DNA of 64,000 nt from an uncultured Clostridia bacterium (lineage in GTDB: Bacteria > Bacillota > Clostridia > Christensenellales > UBA1242): NCBI GenBank assembly GCA_944376845.1, contig CALWDZ010000003.1:59758-123757 (forward strand), given 5' to 3'. A program made the position numbers and the translations under genes. Below, piece by piece: positions 34,127 through 43,237 of the stretch. Every line of letters begins with the position of its first letter. Within the stretch, counting starts at the first letter, position 1. The notes beneath the pieces were generated by a model. It saw only the letters and a list, made by a program, of their open reading frames with translations. It made no database searches and was not told the DNA's origin.

Positions 34127-35232
34127 TGTATAAATTCACAATTAGTCCTAGAAATACTGAAAAGATATTTGGCAAACTTTCATCAAAGTTTGATATTTTT
34201 GATGTTAATAAGTCCGAAGAAAATGTTATCTTTTTTTGTCACAATAAAGATAGAAAAAAAATTCAAAAAACACTTAAGTTTTATGGGCTTTCTGATTTTA
34301 AATGTCAGCCAGTTCGCTCAAGCAGTGTACTGAGTCGATTTACAAGTTTAGGAATACTTTTAGGCATAGCCTTTAGTGCAATTCTGTGGATTATATCAAG
34401 TTTTTTTATCACCGATGTGGTGATAATGGGAGATATAGACTTTACAGAACAAAAAGTCTATGAGGTTTTGTCAAGTAACAATATTCACGAGTTTACACCA
34501 AAATCTAAAATTGATGTAGAGGCACTTGAAAACCAAATTCAAAATATTCCATACATAAGTTATGTAAGTATAGTTTTTCGTGGCAATGCACTGATTATAA
34601 ATATTCGCGAGCAATTAACAAATACTGAAATTGTAGATTCTGGGAGTTTTGCGCCAATTGTTTCAATTTATGATTGTATGATAACTCAAATCAAACTAAT
34701 TCAAGGTACGCTTGCGGTAAAGACGGGTGATATTGTTAGGGTGGGTGATGTGCTTGTGTATCCATATGCTACCGATAGTAAAGGAAACACCCGTTCTGTT
34801 CAGCCACTTGCTGATATTGTTGCCGATGTGTATATCACGACGGTTTTAACAGTTTATGACCAAAGAATCGAGCGTGAATACACTGGCAATGTAATAAAAA
34901 ATTATGAAATAACTTTTATGGGGCTACCTTTGTTTTCCACAAATAATGAAATAACTTTTTCAAATTATGAAACAGAAGAATATACAAATTACATATCTAC
35001 TGCAATCTTACCTATAAAAATCACATACCACAACTATTATGAATACAATAATGTCACTATCGATGCCAACTTTTCTGAAAATTTGCAATTTTATATTGAT
35101 AAAACTCGTCAAACTGCCTTGCTAAATGTTAAAGATTATGACATAATAAAAAATGAAAGTCATGTAATTCGCGACTATGATGGATATCATGTTGTTGAAT
35201 ACTCATTGACTGTAAATAAAAAAATAGCATAG
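34126..35232 (+). CDS. yqfD: sporulation protein YqfD
   Basis: 368 aa with a central TM helix. Synteny yqfC-yqfD-ybeY-era-recO as in Bacillus. Confidence 0.7.
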   Translation: MYKFTISPRNTEKIFGKLSSKFDIFDVNKSEENVIFFCHNKDRKKIQKTLKFYGLSDFKCQPVRSSSVLSRFTSLGILLGIAFSAILWIISSFFITDVVIMGDIDFTEQKVYEVLSSNNIHEFTPKSKIDVEALENQIQNIPYISYVSIVFRGNALIINIREQLTNTEIVDSGSFAPIVSIYDCMITQIKLIQGTLAVKTGDIVRVGDVLVYPYATDSKGNTRSVQPLADIVADVYITTVLTVYDQRIEREYTGNVIKNYEITFMGLPLFSTNNEITFSNYETEEYTNYISTAILPIKITYHNYYEYNNVTIDANFSENLQFYIDKTRQTALLNVKDYDIIKNESHVIRDYDGYHVVEYSLTVNKKIA

Positions 35233-35238
35233 GTAATT

Positions 35239-35703
35239 ATGATAATAAATTTTAACAATTTAAAAGATGAAGTTTTAAGAGAAAATATTACCAATATATT
35301 TTCTATTGCCTTAAAACAAACAAAAACAAAAGATAATATTTCAGTAAATATCACAGTTGTTTCACAAAACGAAATAAGAAGATTAAACAACGAGTTTAGA
35401 GGTGTAGATAAAGTCACTGATGTATTATCTTTTCCACTTTTTGAAAAAGACGAAATTAAGGGTGAGGAGATGCTTGATAATTTTATTACAAGTGACATAG
35501 GCGACATCGTCATATGTAAAGTTAGGGCAAAACAGCAAGCACAAGAATATGGACATAGTTTGCTTCGAGAGTTTTGTTTTTTGGCACTTCACGGGCTTTT
35601 ACACCTTCTTGGCTACGACCATATAGAAAAACAAGATGAAGAGGTTATGTTTCCACTCCAAAAACAAATTTTACAAAAGGCAGGGCTTATAAATGAGTTA
35701 TAA
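35239..35703 (+). CDS. ybeY: rRNA maturation RNase YbeY
   Basis: HGLLHLLGYDH zinc motif. Confidence 0.9.
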   Translation: MIINFNNLKDEVLRENITNIFSIALKQTKTKDNISVNITVVSQNEIRRLNNEFRGVDKVTDVLSFPLFEKDEIKGEEMLDNFITSDIGDIVICKVRAKQQAQEYGHSLLREFCFLALHGLLHLLGYDHIEKQDEEVMFPLQKQILQKAGLINEL

Positions 35704-36592
35704 GTTTGGGTATATTGCAGTTGTTGGTAAGCCAAATGCAGGCAAGAGTACTCTCGTCAATTTTTTAACTAAAAATAAGGTTGCTATAGTTTCACCAAAG
35801 GCACAGACAACAAGGAATAATATTTTAGGCATACTTACAACCAAGGATTTTCAACTTGTGTTTATAGATACACCGGGTTTGCATAAATCTAAAAACGCAC
35901 TTGACAAGTTTATGAACAAAAATATTAGAAGTGCAGAAGGTGGAGCGGATGTTATTTTATATTTAATTGATAGCACAAAGATTATTGATGAGTTTGAATA
36001 TGATTATTTAACATCATTAAAGCAAAAGTCTGACGGCGAAATAATAATAGTCTTAAACAAAGTTGATTTAGTTAAAAAACCAAAATTACTACTGACTTTA
36101 CAAGAACTTTCTACGCTCGGCTTTGAAAACATTGTACCAATAAGCGCGAAAACGGGCGAAAATGCTGACAGTCTTATGGATATGATTTTAAAATATTTAC
36201 CAGAAAGTCAAACTAAAAACTTTTTATATGATGAAGATTATTACACCGACAAATCGCTAAAATTTATGGTTAGTGAAATTGTGCGCGAAAAGGCATTATA
36301 TTATTTAAATGACGAAATACCTCACGGAATAAGTGTAAATATCACCAAATTTGAACTAAAACCAACTCTTTTGGTGGTTGAAGCGGATATTATTTGTGAA
36401 AAAGATAGCCACAAGAGCATAATTATTGGGAAAAATGGTGCTATGATTAAAAAAATCGGCCAAAATGCACGTGAAGATATGGAGGCGCTTGTTGGCACTA
36501 AAGTGCTTTTAAAACTTTTTGTCAAAGTTAAAAAAGATTGGCGAGAAAACATAAACTTTTTAACAGAATTTGGTTATAAAAATGAAGATTAG
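35693..36592 (+). CDS. era: GTPase Era
   Basis: GKPNAGKSTL (G1), DTPG (G3), NKVD (G4) and a C-terminal KH domain. Confidence 0.95.
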   Translation: MSYKFGYIAVVGKPNAGKSTLVNFLTKNKVAIVSPKAQTTRNNILGILTTKDFQLVFIDTPGLHKSKNALDKFMNKNIRSAEGGADVILYLIDSTKIIDEFEYDYLTSLKQKSDGEIIIVLNKVDLVKKPKLLLTLQELSTLGFENIVPISAKTGENADSLMDMILKYLPESQTKNFLYDEDYYTDKSLKFMVSEIVREKALYYLNDEIPHGISVNITKFELKPTLLVVEADIICEKDSHKSIIIGKNGAMIKKIGQNAREDMEALVGTKVLLKLFVKVKKDWRENINFLTEFGYKNED

Positions 36593-36664
36593 TAAATTTT
36601 TTATTTGATTTTGCATACAATATTAGTATAATAGAAATATAAGGTACAAAAGCAAGAGGTTGTT

Positions 36665-36832
36665 ATGGAAAGGTTCGTATCAGATAATGCACAAATACTG
36701 TGGAATATATTTAAAGAAACTGGTAATGTAAACATATACCTTTTGTATCATGCCGTTCAGCACAGTGATGACAAAGTGCTTGACTACTACATTGGTAAAG
36801 AAAAAACTGCCGATGAGGGAATGGAACTTTAA
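36665..36832 (+). CDS. yqzL: YqzL family small protein (55 aa, below the ORF-track cutoff)
   Basis: RBS AGAGG precedes the ATG at 36665. The LWNIFKETGNVNIYLLY pattern and the era-yqzL-recO position support it. Its stop overlaps the recO ATG (TAATG). Confidence 0.65.
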   Translation: MERFVSDNAQILWNIFKETGNVNIYLLYHAVQHSDDKVLDYYIGKEKTADEGMEL

Positions 36833-37539
36833 TGGGTATCAAGGTAAAGGCTATCGTTATTGGTGCAACTGATTATAAGGAAAAGGACAAGCGTATAACA
36901 CTTTTTTCGCTTGAAAAGGGCAAAATCTACGCAACGCTTAAATCTGTCAAATCACCAAATGCAAAACTTAAATTTGCCAAAGAACTTTTTTGTTTTGGCG
37001 ATTTTTTTATTGATACACCCTCTATGATTGTGACTGGCGTAGATGTTGAAAATAATATGTTTGAACTCACAAAAGACATAGATAAATATTATATCGCTTG
37101 TGCCATTTTGGATGTGGTAAACACTGTTTTAAAAGAAGGTGAAACCAATGCTCCATTATTTTTAGAAACGCTAAAAGCACTTGGTGCTATTGCCTATGAT
37201 AATGTAAACGATAAATATGTTTTGATTAAATATCTTTTGTCGGTGTTTTCTGCAATGGGATATTTTGTTGCACTTTCAAATTGCTCTGTTTGTGGAGAAA
37301 AATTTTCTGGTAAACGTTATTTAAATTTAGATTTTGGTGAAGTGGTGTGTGTGGCGTGTAAAAGTGCGAATTGCATTGAAATTTCTGCAAGGGCAGGTAC
37401 AGCCCTCAAACTGCTTAGTGAAACCGATTATGATAAACTTTCAACACTGAAATTATCTAAGGGTAGTGAAGATGAGGTATTAAACATTTTGAATATAAAT
37501 TTTGACAGGCGTTTCAATAAAAAATTAAAATTACTGTAA
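36832..37539 (+). CDS. recO: DNA repair protein RecO
   Basis: OB-fold N-terminus, zinc finger CSVCG...CVAC, and synteny. Confidence 0.85.
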   Translation: MGIKVKAIVIGATDYKEKDKRITLFSLEKGKIYATLKSVKSPNAKLKFAKELFCFGDFFIDTPSMIVTGVDVENNMFELTKDIDKYYIACAILDVVNTVLKEGETNAPLFLETLKALGAIAYDNVNDKYVLIKYLLSVFSAMGYFVALSNCSVCGEKFSGKRYLNLDFGEVVCVACKSANCIEISARAGTALKLLSETDYDKLSTLKLSKGSEDEVLNILNINFDRRFNKKLKLL

Positions 37540-37612
37540 AAAATAAGCACTATTTGTTTGCTTATTTTTTTTTGATGCTTTACACTATATTGGTTTGAAA
37601 AATGGAGGAAAA

Positions 37613-40234
37613 ATGACAAAGTATGTTTATCTTTTTAGTGAAGGCAATGCGTCTATGCGTAACCTTCTAGGTGGCAAAGGTGCAAACTTAGCCGAAATGA
37701 CAAATATTGGGCTTCCAGTGCCACAAGGTTTCACAGTTACAACAGAGGCTTGTACAAAGTATTATGATGATGGCAAGGTGCTTAATGACGAAGTTATTTC
37801 GCAGGTAGAAGCAGGACTTAAAAAACTAGAAGAAATTACAGGCAAAAAGTTTGGTGACAAAAAAAATCCATTACTTGTTTCTGTTCGTTCAGGGGCAAGG
37901 GCGTCTATGCCTGGAATGATGGATACAATACTTAATCTTGGAATAAATGATGAAGTTGTTGTTGGGCTTAGTGAACTTACAGGAAATGAACGCTTTGCCT
38001 ATGATAGTTATAGAAGATTTATTCAAATGTTCAGTGACGTTGTTATGGGGCTTGATAAGAGTAAATTCGAAAGAATTATCGATGAAATGAAAGAGAAAAA
38101 AGGCATTAAACTTGATATAGAGTTTACTGCAGAAGACCTTAAAGAAATGGTTGTAAAATTTAAAGAATTTTACAAAAAAGAGATGAAATCAGATTTTCCA
38201 ACTGATCCAAAAACTCAACTTATTGAGGCAGTGAAAGCGGTGTTTAGGTCATGGGATAATCCAAGAGCAAATGTTTATCGCCGTATGAATGATATACCTT
38301 CAAGTTGGGGTACAGCGGTAAATGTTCAAACTATGGTGTTCGGCAATATGGGCGAAACCAGCGGTACTGGTGTTGCATTTACTCGTAACCCAGCAACTGG
38401 TGAGAAAAAACTTTTTGGTGAATATCTTATGAATGCACAGGGTGAAGATGTTGTTGCGGGAATAAGAACACCAAATCCAATTTCAACTCTTGAAAAACAA
38501 AATCCAGAGATATATAAGCAATTTATTGAAATTTGTGAAACACTTGAAAATCACTACAATGATATGCAAGATATGGAGTTTACAATTGAAAAAGGTAAAC
38601 TTTATATGCTTCAAACCCGTAATGGCAAGCGTACAGCAAAAGCCGCACTAAAAATTGCTGTTGATCTTGTTAATGAAGGTAGAATAAATAAAGAACAAGC
38701 ACTACTTATGCTTGACCCTAAACAACTTGATGCACTTTTGCATCCAACTTTTGATGAAAAGGACCTTAAAAATGCAGAAGTTATTGCTCATGGTCTTCCA
38801 GCATCCCCAGGTGCTGCAACTGGTAAAATTGTGTTTACAGCAGAAAGAGCAAAAGAACTTAGTTCAAATAAAGAAAAAGTTGTTCTTGTTCGTCTTGAAA
38901 CATCTCCAGAAGATATAGAAGGTATGGCAGTTAGTCAAGGTGTTTTGACAGCACGTGGTGGTATGACATCACACGCAGCAGTTGTAGCACGTGGTATGGG
39001 AACAGCATGCGTTGCAGGTTGCAGTAGCCTTTCTGTTGATGAGGATAATAAAGTTTGTACAATTTCTGGAAAGACATATCACGAAGGTGATGAAATTGCT
39101 TTTGACGGTTCAACAGGTAACGTCTATGGCAGAAAGATAGATACAAAACCAGCCGAAGTTTCTGGTGATTTTGCTACTATTATGGAATGGGCAGATAATG
39201 CACGAAGACTACAAGTCCGTACCAATGCCGACAATCCACGTGATGCAGAAGTAGCGTATAAGTTTGGAGCAGAAGGTATTGGACTATGCAGAACAGAGCA
39301 TATGTTTTTTGAGACAGATCGTATTCCAGCAGTTAGAGAAATGATTGTTTCATCTACTGTAGAAGAGAGAGAAAAAGCACTTGCCAAACTTCTTCCTATG
39401 CAAAGAAAAGATTTCATAGGACTATATAAAGCAATGAAAGGAAAGCCAGTTACTATAAGGTTTTTGGACCCACCTCTACATGAATTTTTGCCACACACAG
39501 ATGAAGAAATTCGTACACTTGCAAAAGATATGGGCTTGACTTTTGATAAACTTAAACACACAGTTGAAAGTTTGCATGAATTTAATCCAATGATGGGTCA
39601 CCGTGGACTTAGACTTGCTGTAACATATCCAGAAATAGCAAGAATGCAGACACGTGCAGTCATCGAGGCAGCACTAACAGTTAAAAAAGAGGATGGTTAT
39701 GATATTCATCCAGAGATTATGATACCACTCACTTGTGAGGCAAAAGAATTTAACTATGTTCGCGACATTGTTGCACAAACCGCAGATGAAGTAATCAAAT
39801 CTAGTGGCGAAAAACTTGACTACAAAATTGGTACAATGATTGAAATTCCTCGTGCAGCACTTACAGCCGATGAAATTGCAAAGACGGCGGAATTCTTCTC
39901 ATTTGGAACAAATGACCTTACTCAAATGACTTTTGGTTTCAGTCGTGATGATGCTGGTAAATTCTTAGACGCATATTACGATAAAAAGTTATTTGATAGC
40001 GACCCATTTGCTCATGTTGACCAAAAAGGTGTTGGCAAACTTGTAGATATGGCAGTTAAACTTGGAAAAAGTACAAGACCAAATATAAAACTCGGTGTCT
40101 GTGGAGAACATGGTGGTGACCCTCAATCTATTGATTTCTTCCACAGAGTAGGGTTAACATATGTTTCTTGCTCACCATATCGTGTGCCAATCGCACGCCT
40201 TGCCGCAGCACAAGCAGCAATTAGGAATAAATAA
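37613..40234 (+). CDS. ppdK: pyruvate, phosphate dikinase
   Basis: MTKYVYLF..GGKGANLAEM, phospho-His region GGMTSHAAVVARGMG, C-terminal PEP-utilising domain. RBS GGAGGA. Confidence 0.95.
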   Translation: MTKYVYLFSEGNASMRNLLGGKGANLAEMTNIGLPVPQGFTVTTEACTKYYDDGKVLNDEVISQVEAGLKKLEEITGKKFGDKKNPLLVSVRSGARASMPGMMDTILNLGINDEVVVGLSELTGNERFAYDSYRRFIQMFSDVVMGLDKSKFERIIDEMKEKKGIKLDIEFTAEDLKEMVVKFKEFYKKEMKSDFPTDPKTQLIEAVKAVFRSWDNPRANVYRRMNDIPSSWGTAVNVQTMVFGNMGETSGTGVAFTRNPATGEKKLFGEYLMNAQGEDVVAGIRTPNPISTLEKQNPEIYKQFIEICETLENHYNDMQDMEFTIEKGKLYMLQTRNGKRTAKAALKIAVDLVNEGRINKEQALLMLDPKQLDALLHPTFDEKDLKNAEVIAHGLPASPGAATGKIVFTAERAKELSSNKEKVVLVRLETSPEDIEGMAVSQGVLTARGGMTSHAAVVARGMGTACVAGCSSLSVDEDNKVCTISGKTYHEGDEIAFDGSTGNVYGRKIDTKPAEVSGDFATIMEWADNARRLQVRTNADNPRDAEVAYKFGAEGIGLCRTEHMFFETDRIPAVREMIVSSTVEEREKALAKLLPMQRKDFIGLYKAMKGKPVTIRFLDPPLHEFLPHTDEEIRTLAKDMGLTFDKLKHTVESLHEFNPMMGHRGLRLAVTYPEIARMQTRAVIEAALTVKKEDGYDIHPEIMIPLTCEAKEFNYVRDIVAQTADEVIKSSGEKLDYKIGTMIEIPRAALTADEIAKTAEFFSFGTNDLTQMTFGFSRDDAGKFLDAYYDKKLFDSDPFAHVDQKGVGKLVDMAVKLGKSTRPNIKLGVCGEHGGDPQSIDFFHRVGLTYVSCSPYRVPIARLAAAQAAIRNK

Positions 40235-40242
40235 TTGACAAC

Positions 40243-40271
40243 GAAATTTATTTGTGATAATATTCCAATAA
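40243..40271 (+). promoter_or_regulatory. near-consensus promoter TTGACA-17 nt-TAATAT for the precursor peptide
   Basis: -35 at 40243-40248 and -10 at 40266-40271, directly after the ppdK stop. Confidence 0.6.
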
Positions 40272-40282
40272 GGAGGGTGAAG

Positions 40283-40399
40283 ATGCAATCTTTAGTATTA
40301 AAATTTTTCTCATCAGCAATGATAAAGAAAAACACCTCACGCATTGTCACACAGGCAAGAGGGGAAGCGACATGGGCTTGTGGCATTGATGAATGTTAA
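40283..40399 (+). CDS. 38-aa candidate RiPP precursor MQSLVLKFFSSAMIKKNTSRIVTQARGEATWACGIDEC
   Basis: Strong RBS AAGGAGGG lies 5 nt upstream. C-terminal Cys-x5-Cys core. Immediately upstream of the radical SAM/SPASM gene. Confidence 0.6.
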   Translation: MQSLVLKFFSSAMIKKNTSRIVTQARGEATWACGIDEC

Positions 40400-40412
40400 A
40401 AACTAAATAGTT

Positions 40413-40455
40413 AAAATATCTGGTCATTTTAGTTTTTAAAATGACCGGATATTTT
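40413..40455 (+). terminator. 18-bp hairpin (attenuator/partial terminator) between precursor and maturase
   Basis: AAAATATCTGGTCATTTT-AGTTTTT-AAAATGACCGGATATTTT with one G-U pair. Confidence 0.6.
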
Positions 40456-40472
40456 TGTATAAAGGAGAAAAG

Positions 40473-41714
40473 ATGTACAATATAAAATCTGGCACAAGGA
40501 TGGTGCAAACCTTAAAAAATAAAAAGGATAAAGTGTTCACATTATATAACAATTCTATAAATAAAAGTATTGAGATAAATTATATGGGGGCTCGGTTGTT
40601 GCGACTTATTAAAAATAAAAGTTTGAAAATTGAAAATTTATTAGGACTTTCTTTTATACAAGAACTGATACAGTTAAATTTTATTACAAACGAAGAAAAT
40701 AGTAATGTAATGCTTTCAAAAAAATGTCACTATAAATATCCATTAACATCAATATCTTTGGAATTAACCAATCAATGTAACTTAAACTGTGTGCATTGTT
40801 ATGGTAGTTATGGCGCAAATGTTAAGGGATGTTTTCTGCCTTTTGATTGGATAAAAAATAATTTATCTGAATTTAATAAATTAAATGTTTTAAAAATTGC
40901 TCTCACTGGTGGAGAATCTACTCTACATCCTGATTTTTTAAAAATTGTGGATTTCATACTTTCTAACGGATTCGAATTGTGTGTTTTTACTAACGGTTTC
41001 AATACTAACATTATTAAGCAAATGCTTAAAAATACAAAACAATATCATTATGTGGTAAAAGTTAGTTGTGATGGGCCAGAGCAAATACATAACAAAATAA
41101 GGAGGAGTCCATATTCTTTTTTTAGGGTAATTGAAACACTAGATATATTAAAAAAATATCCAAATATAACAACTTATATATCAACCGCAGTTATGCCCGC
41201 AAATATAGATTATATTAGTGATTTTAAGAAATATATAAAGCGCAACTATCCTAATTTTATCCATACTTTAGATTTGGTATTTCCGTCAGGAAATGGTAAA
41301 GATAACTATTTTAGTTTACAAGAACTAAAAAATGTAAAAAAACAAATTCCTGAATTATTTAATTATTCTGAAGGGAATCATAGCAGATTTAGATGTTCTG
41401 GAGGAGTTAATCAATGCACAATTAGTCCAGATGGAACAATGAAAATTTGTAATGCCGCTTGTGCAGATGCGTTTGCTTTTAAATCTAATGTTTTTGATTT
41501 ATCTTTGAGAAAAGCCTGGCTTCATGGTGGAAAAAATATTTCATATTTTCGTAAGGAAAAATTTAAAAATACAAAAGATTGTGTAAATTGTAAAATAAGG
41601 TCAATATGCAAAATGAACGATTGCAGAGTAATGGCTTACTTTTATAAAGGAGATATACATTGTAGTAATCCAATCACTTGCATATCCGCCCAAAATTATT
41701 TTAAACAGTCGTAA
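40473..41714 (+). CDS. radical SAM/SPASM-domain peptide maturase with N-terminal PqqD-like recognition element
   Basis: CNLNCVHC (Cx3Cx2C) and C-terminal CVNCKIRSICKMNDC plus additional Cys clusters. RBS AAGGAGAAAAG precedes the ATG at 40473. Confidence 0.8.
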   Translation: MYNIKSGTRMVQTLKNKKDKVFTLYNNSINKSIEINYMGARLLRLIKNKSLKIENLLGLSFIQELIQLNFITNEENSNVMLSKKCHYKYPLTSISLELTNQCNLNCVHCYGSYGANVKGCFLPFDWIKNNLSEFNKLNVLKIALTGGESTLHPDFLKIVDFILSNGFELCVFTNGFNTNIIKQMLKNTKQYHYVVKVSCDGPEQIHNKIRRSPYSFFRVIETLDILKKYPNITTYISTAVMPANIDYISDFKKYIKRNYPNFIHTLDLVFPSGNGKDNYFSLQELKNVKKQIPELFNYSEGNHSRFRCSGGVNQCTISPDGTMKICNAACADAFAFKSNVFDLSLRKAWLHGGKNISYFRKEKFKNTKDCVNCKIRSICKMNDCRVMAYFYKGDIHCSNPITCISAQNYFKQS

Positions 41715-41730
41715 TTAGGAGAAAAATTCT

Positions 41731-42204
41731 ATGGAAGAATTAAGAACACTTAACACAACATTAACAGTATTTTTTAAAGATAACAAAATACTTCTTGGTG
41801 AAAAGAAAAGGGGGTTTGCAAAAGGTACATTAAATGGTATCGGGGGTAAGCAAGACGAAGGCGAAACCATTGACGAGGCAATGATAAGAGAATGTCAAGA
41901 AGAAATTGGAGTAACACCTATAGATTATGTTTTGATAGGAAAAATTCATTTTGATGTATGGTACAAGGGCGAACGTGTAAATATGTATATGCATGTTTAC
42001 ACTTGCACAAAATTTGATGGTGAAATAATAGAAACTGAAGAAATGCTTCCAAAGTGGTACGACATAGACAATATACCATATGAAAAAATGCTAGCAGATG
42101 ACCTTTTGTGGATGCCTATGGCACTTGAAGGGAAACAATTCGTTGGAGATGTTAAGTTTGATAAAAATATGAAGATGCTAAGTCATGACTTTAAAGAAAT
42201 TTAA
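41731..42204 (+). CDS. NUDIX hydrolase (MutT-like)
   Basis: Nudix box GIGGKQDEGETIDEAMIRECQEEIGV. Confidence 0.85.
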   Translation: MEELRTLNTTLTVFFKDNKILLGEKKRGFAKGTLNGIGGKQDEGETIDEAMIRECQEEIGVTPIDYVLIGKIHFDVWYKGERVNMYMHVYTCTKFDGEIIETEEMLPKWYDIDNIPYEKMLADDLLWMPMALEGKQFVGDVKFDKNMKMLSHDFKEI

Positions 42205-42273
42205 TTCAAGGTTTGTCAATAAGTTTAAACAAGAAATCTCTTATAAATATTCAACTTTTATTAGTCAAAAAAA

Positions 42274-43005
42274 TTGAATTATGATACACTTATATACAAG
42301 GGGATAAGTATGATAGAAAGTTTGATATTTGGAGCATTAAGCATAGTTTTTTGTATAATTTTTTGTATTTTTAGGGCACAAAAAGCAGACGTGTTTACAT
42401 TAGCATTAAAATCCATTTCTTCTATTTTCTTTATTTTATGTGGCATTTTTGCAATAAATTATGTTTCATCTAGTATATTTAATTTATTTATAATAGCAGG
42501 GCTTGTATTTGGTCTTGTGGGTGATATTATTCTAGATTTGAAAGTTATGTATAATGAAAATAGTGACCAGTATTTTGTATTTGGTACATGTTCATTTATG
42601 ATAGGGCATTTCTTCTATTTTGCAAGCACACTTATATATAACATTGACATGTTGCCAACTCATACCATTTGGAATATTTTGGCATCACTTGGGGTTGCAA
42701 TACTATTGACACTTATAATACTATTATCATCGAAAAAACTCAACATGAACTTTGGGAAAATGAAGTGGCTTGTGGCAGCATATAGTTTTGTACTCACATT
42801 TATGGTGGCATTTTCAATTTCAATTGCAATATTTAGTCCAATATTTTGGATATTTGCCTCGGGAATGATAGTTTTCTTCTTTTCAGACCTTGTACTTTCA
42901 ATGCAATATTTTGGTAATAGGACGGAGAAAGTTTGGATATATATAAATCATATTCTTTATTATGTAGCACAAGTAATGCTTGCTTTATGTGTACTATTTA
43001 TCTAA
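42274..43005 (+). CDS. YhhN/lysoplasmalogenase family membrane protein
   Basis: GLVGDIILD and FFFSDLVLS motifs with about 8 TM helices. Start uncertain. Confidence 0.6.
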   Translation: MNYDTLIYKGISMIESLIFGALSIVFCIIFCIFRAQKADVFTLALKSISSIFFILCGIFAINYVSSSIFNLFIIAGLVFGLVGDIILDLKVMYNENSDQYFVFGTCSFMIGHFFYFASTLIYNIDMLPTHTIWNILASLGVAILLTLIILLSSKKLNMNFGKMKWLVAAYSFVLTFMVAFSISIAIFSPIFWIFASGMIVFFFSDLVLSMQYFGNRTEKVWIYINHILYYVAQVMLALCVLFI

Positions 43006-43045
43006 AATTTTTTTAAAAAAAAGATTGGTTTTTGACAATCTTTTT

Positions 43046-43122
43046 TGGTGCACCGCACACGATTTGAACGCGTAACCCTCGGTTCCGAAGACCGATGCTC
43101 TATCCAGTTGAGCTAGCGGTGC
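43046..43122 (-). tRNA. tRNA-Arg (anticodon TCG), CCA encoded
   Basis: The reverse complement folds: acceptor GCACCGC/GCGGTGC, anticodon stem TCGGT/ACCGA with loop CTTCGGA, T arm ACGCG-TTCAAAT-CGTGT. Confidence 0.9.
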
Positions 43123-43237
43123 ATAAAATATAAATCAACAAGCCAAACAAACTATATTACTTATAAGTCAATTTGTGGCAAGGAGATTTATATTATTTTA
43201 AATAATGTTTATATGGATATTATCAAAGCCCCTTAGG

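Noticed and set aside
40123-40386. Minus-strand 87-aa ORF overlapping the ppdK 3' end and the RiPP precursor.
   Set aside because: It is antisense to two well-supported plus-strand features and has no RBS.
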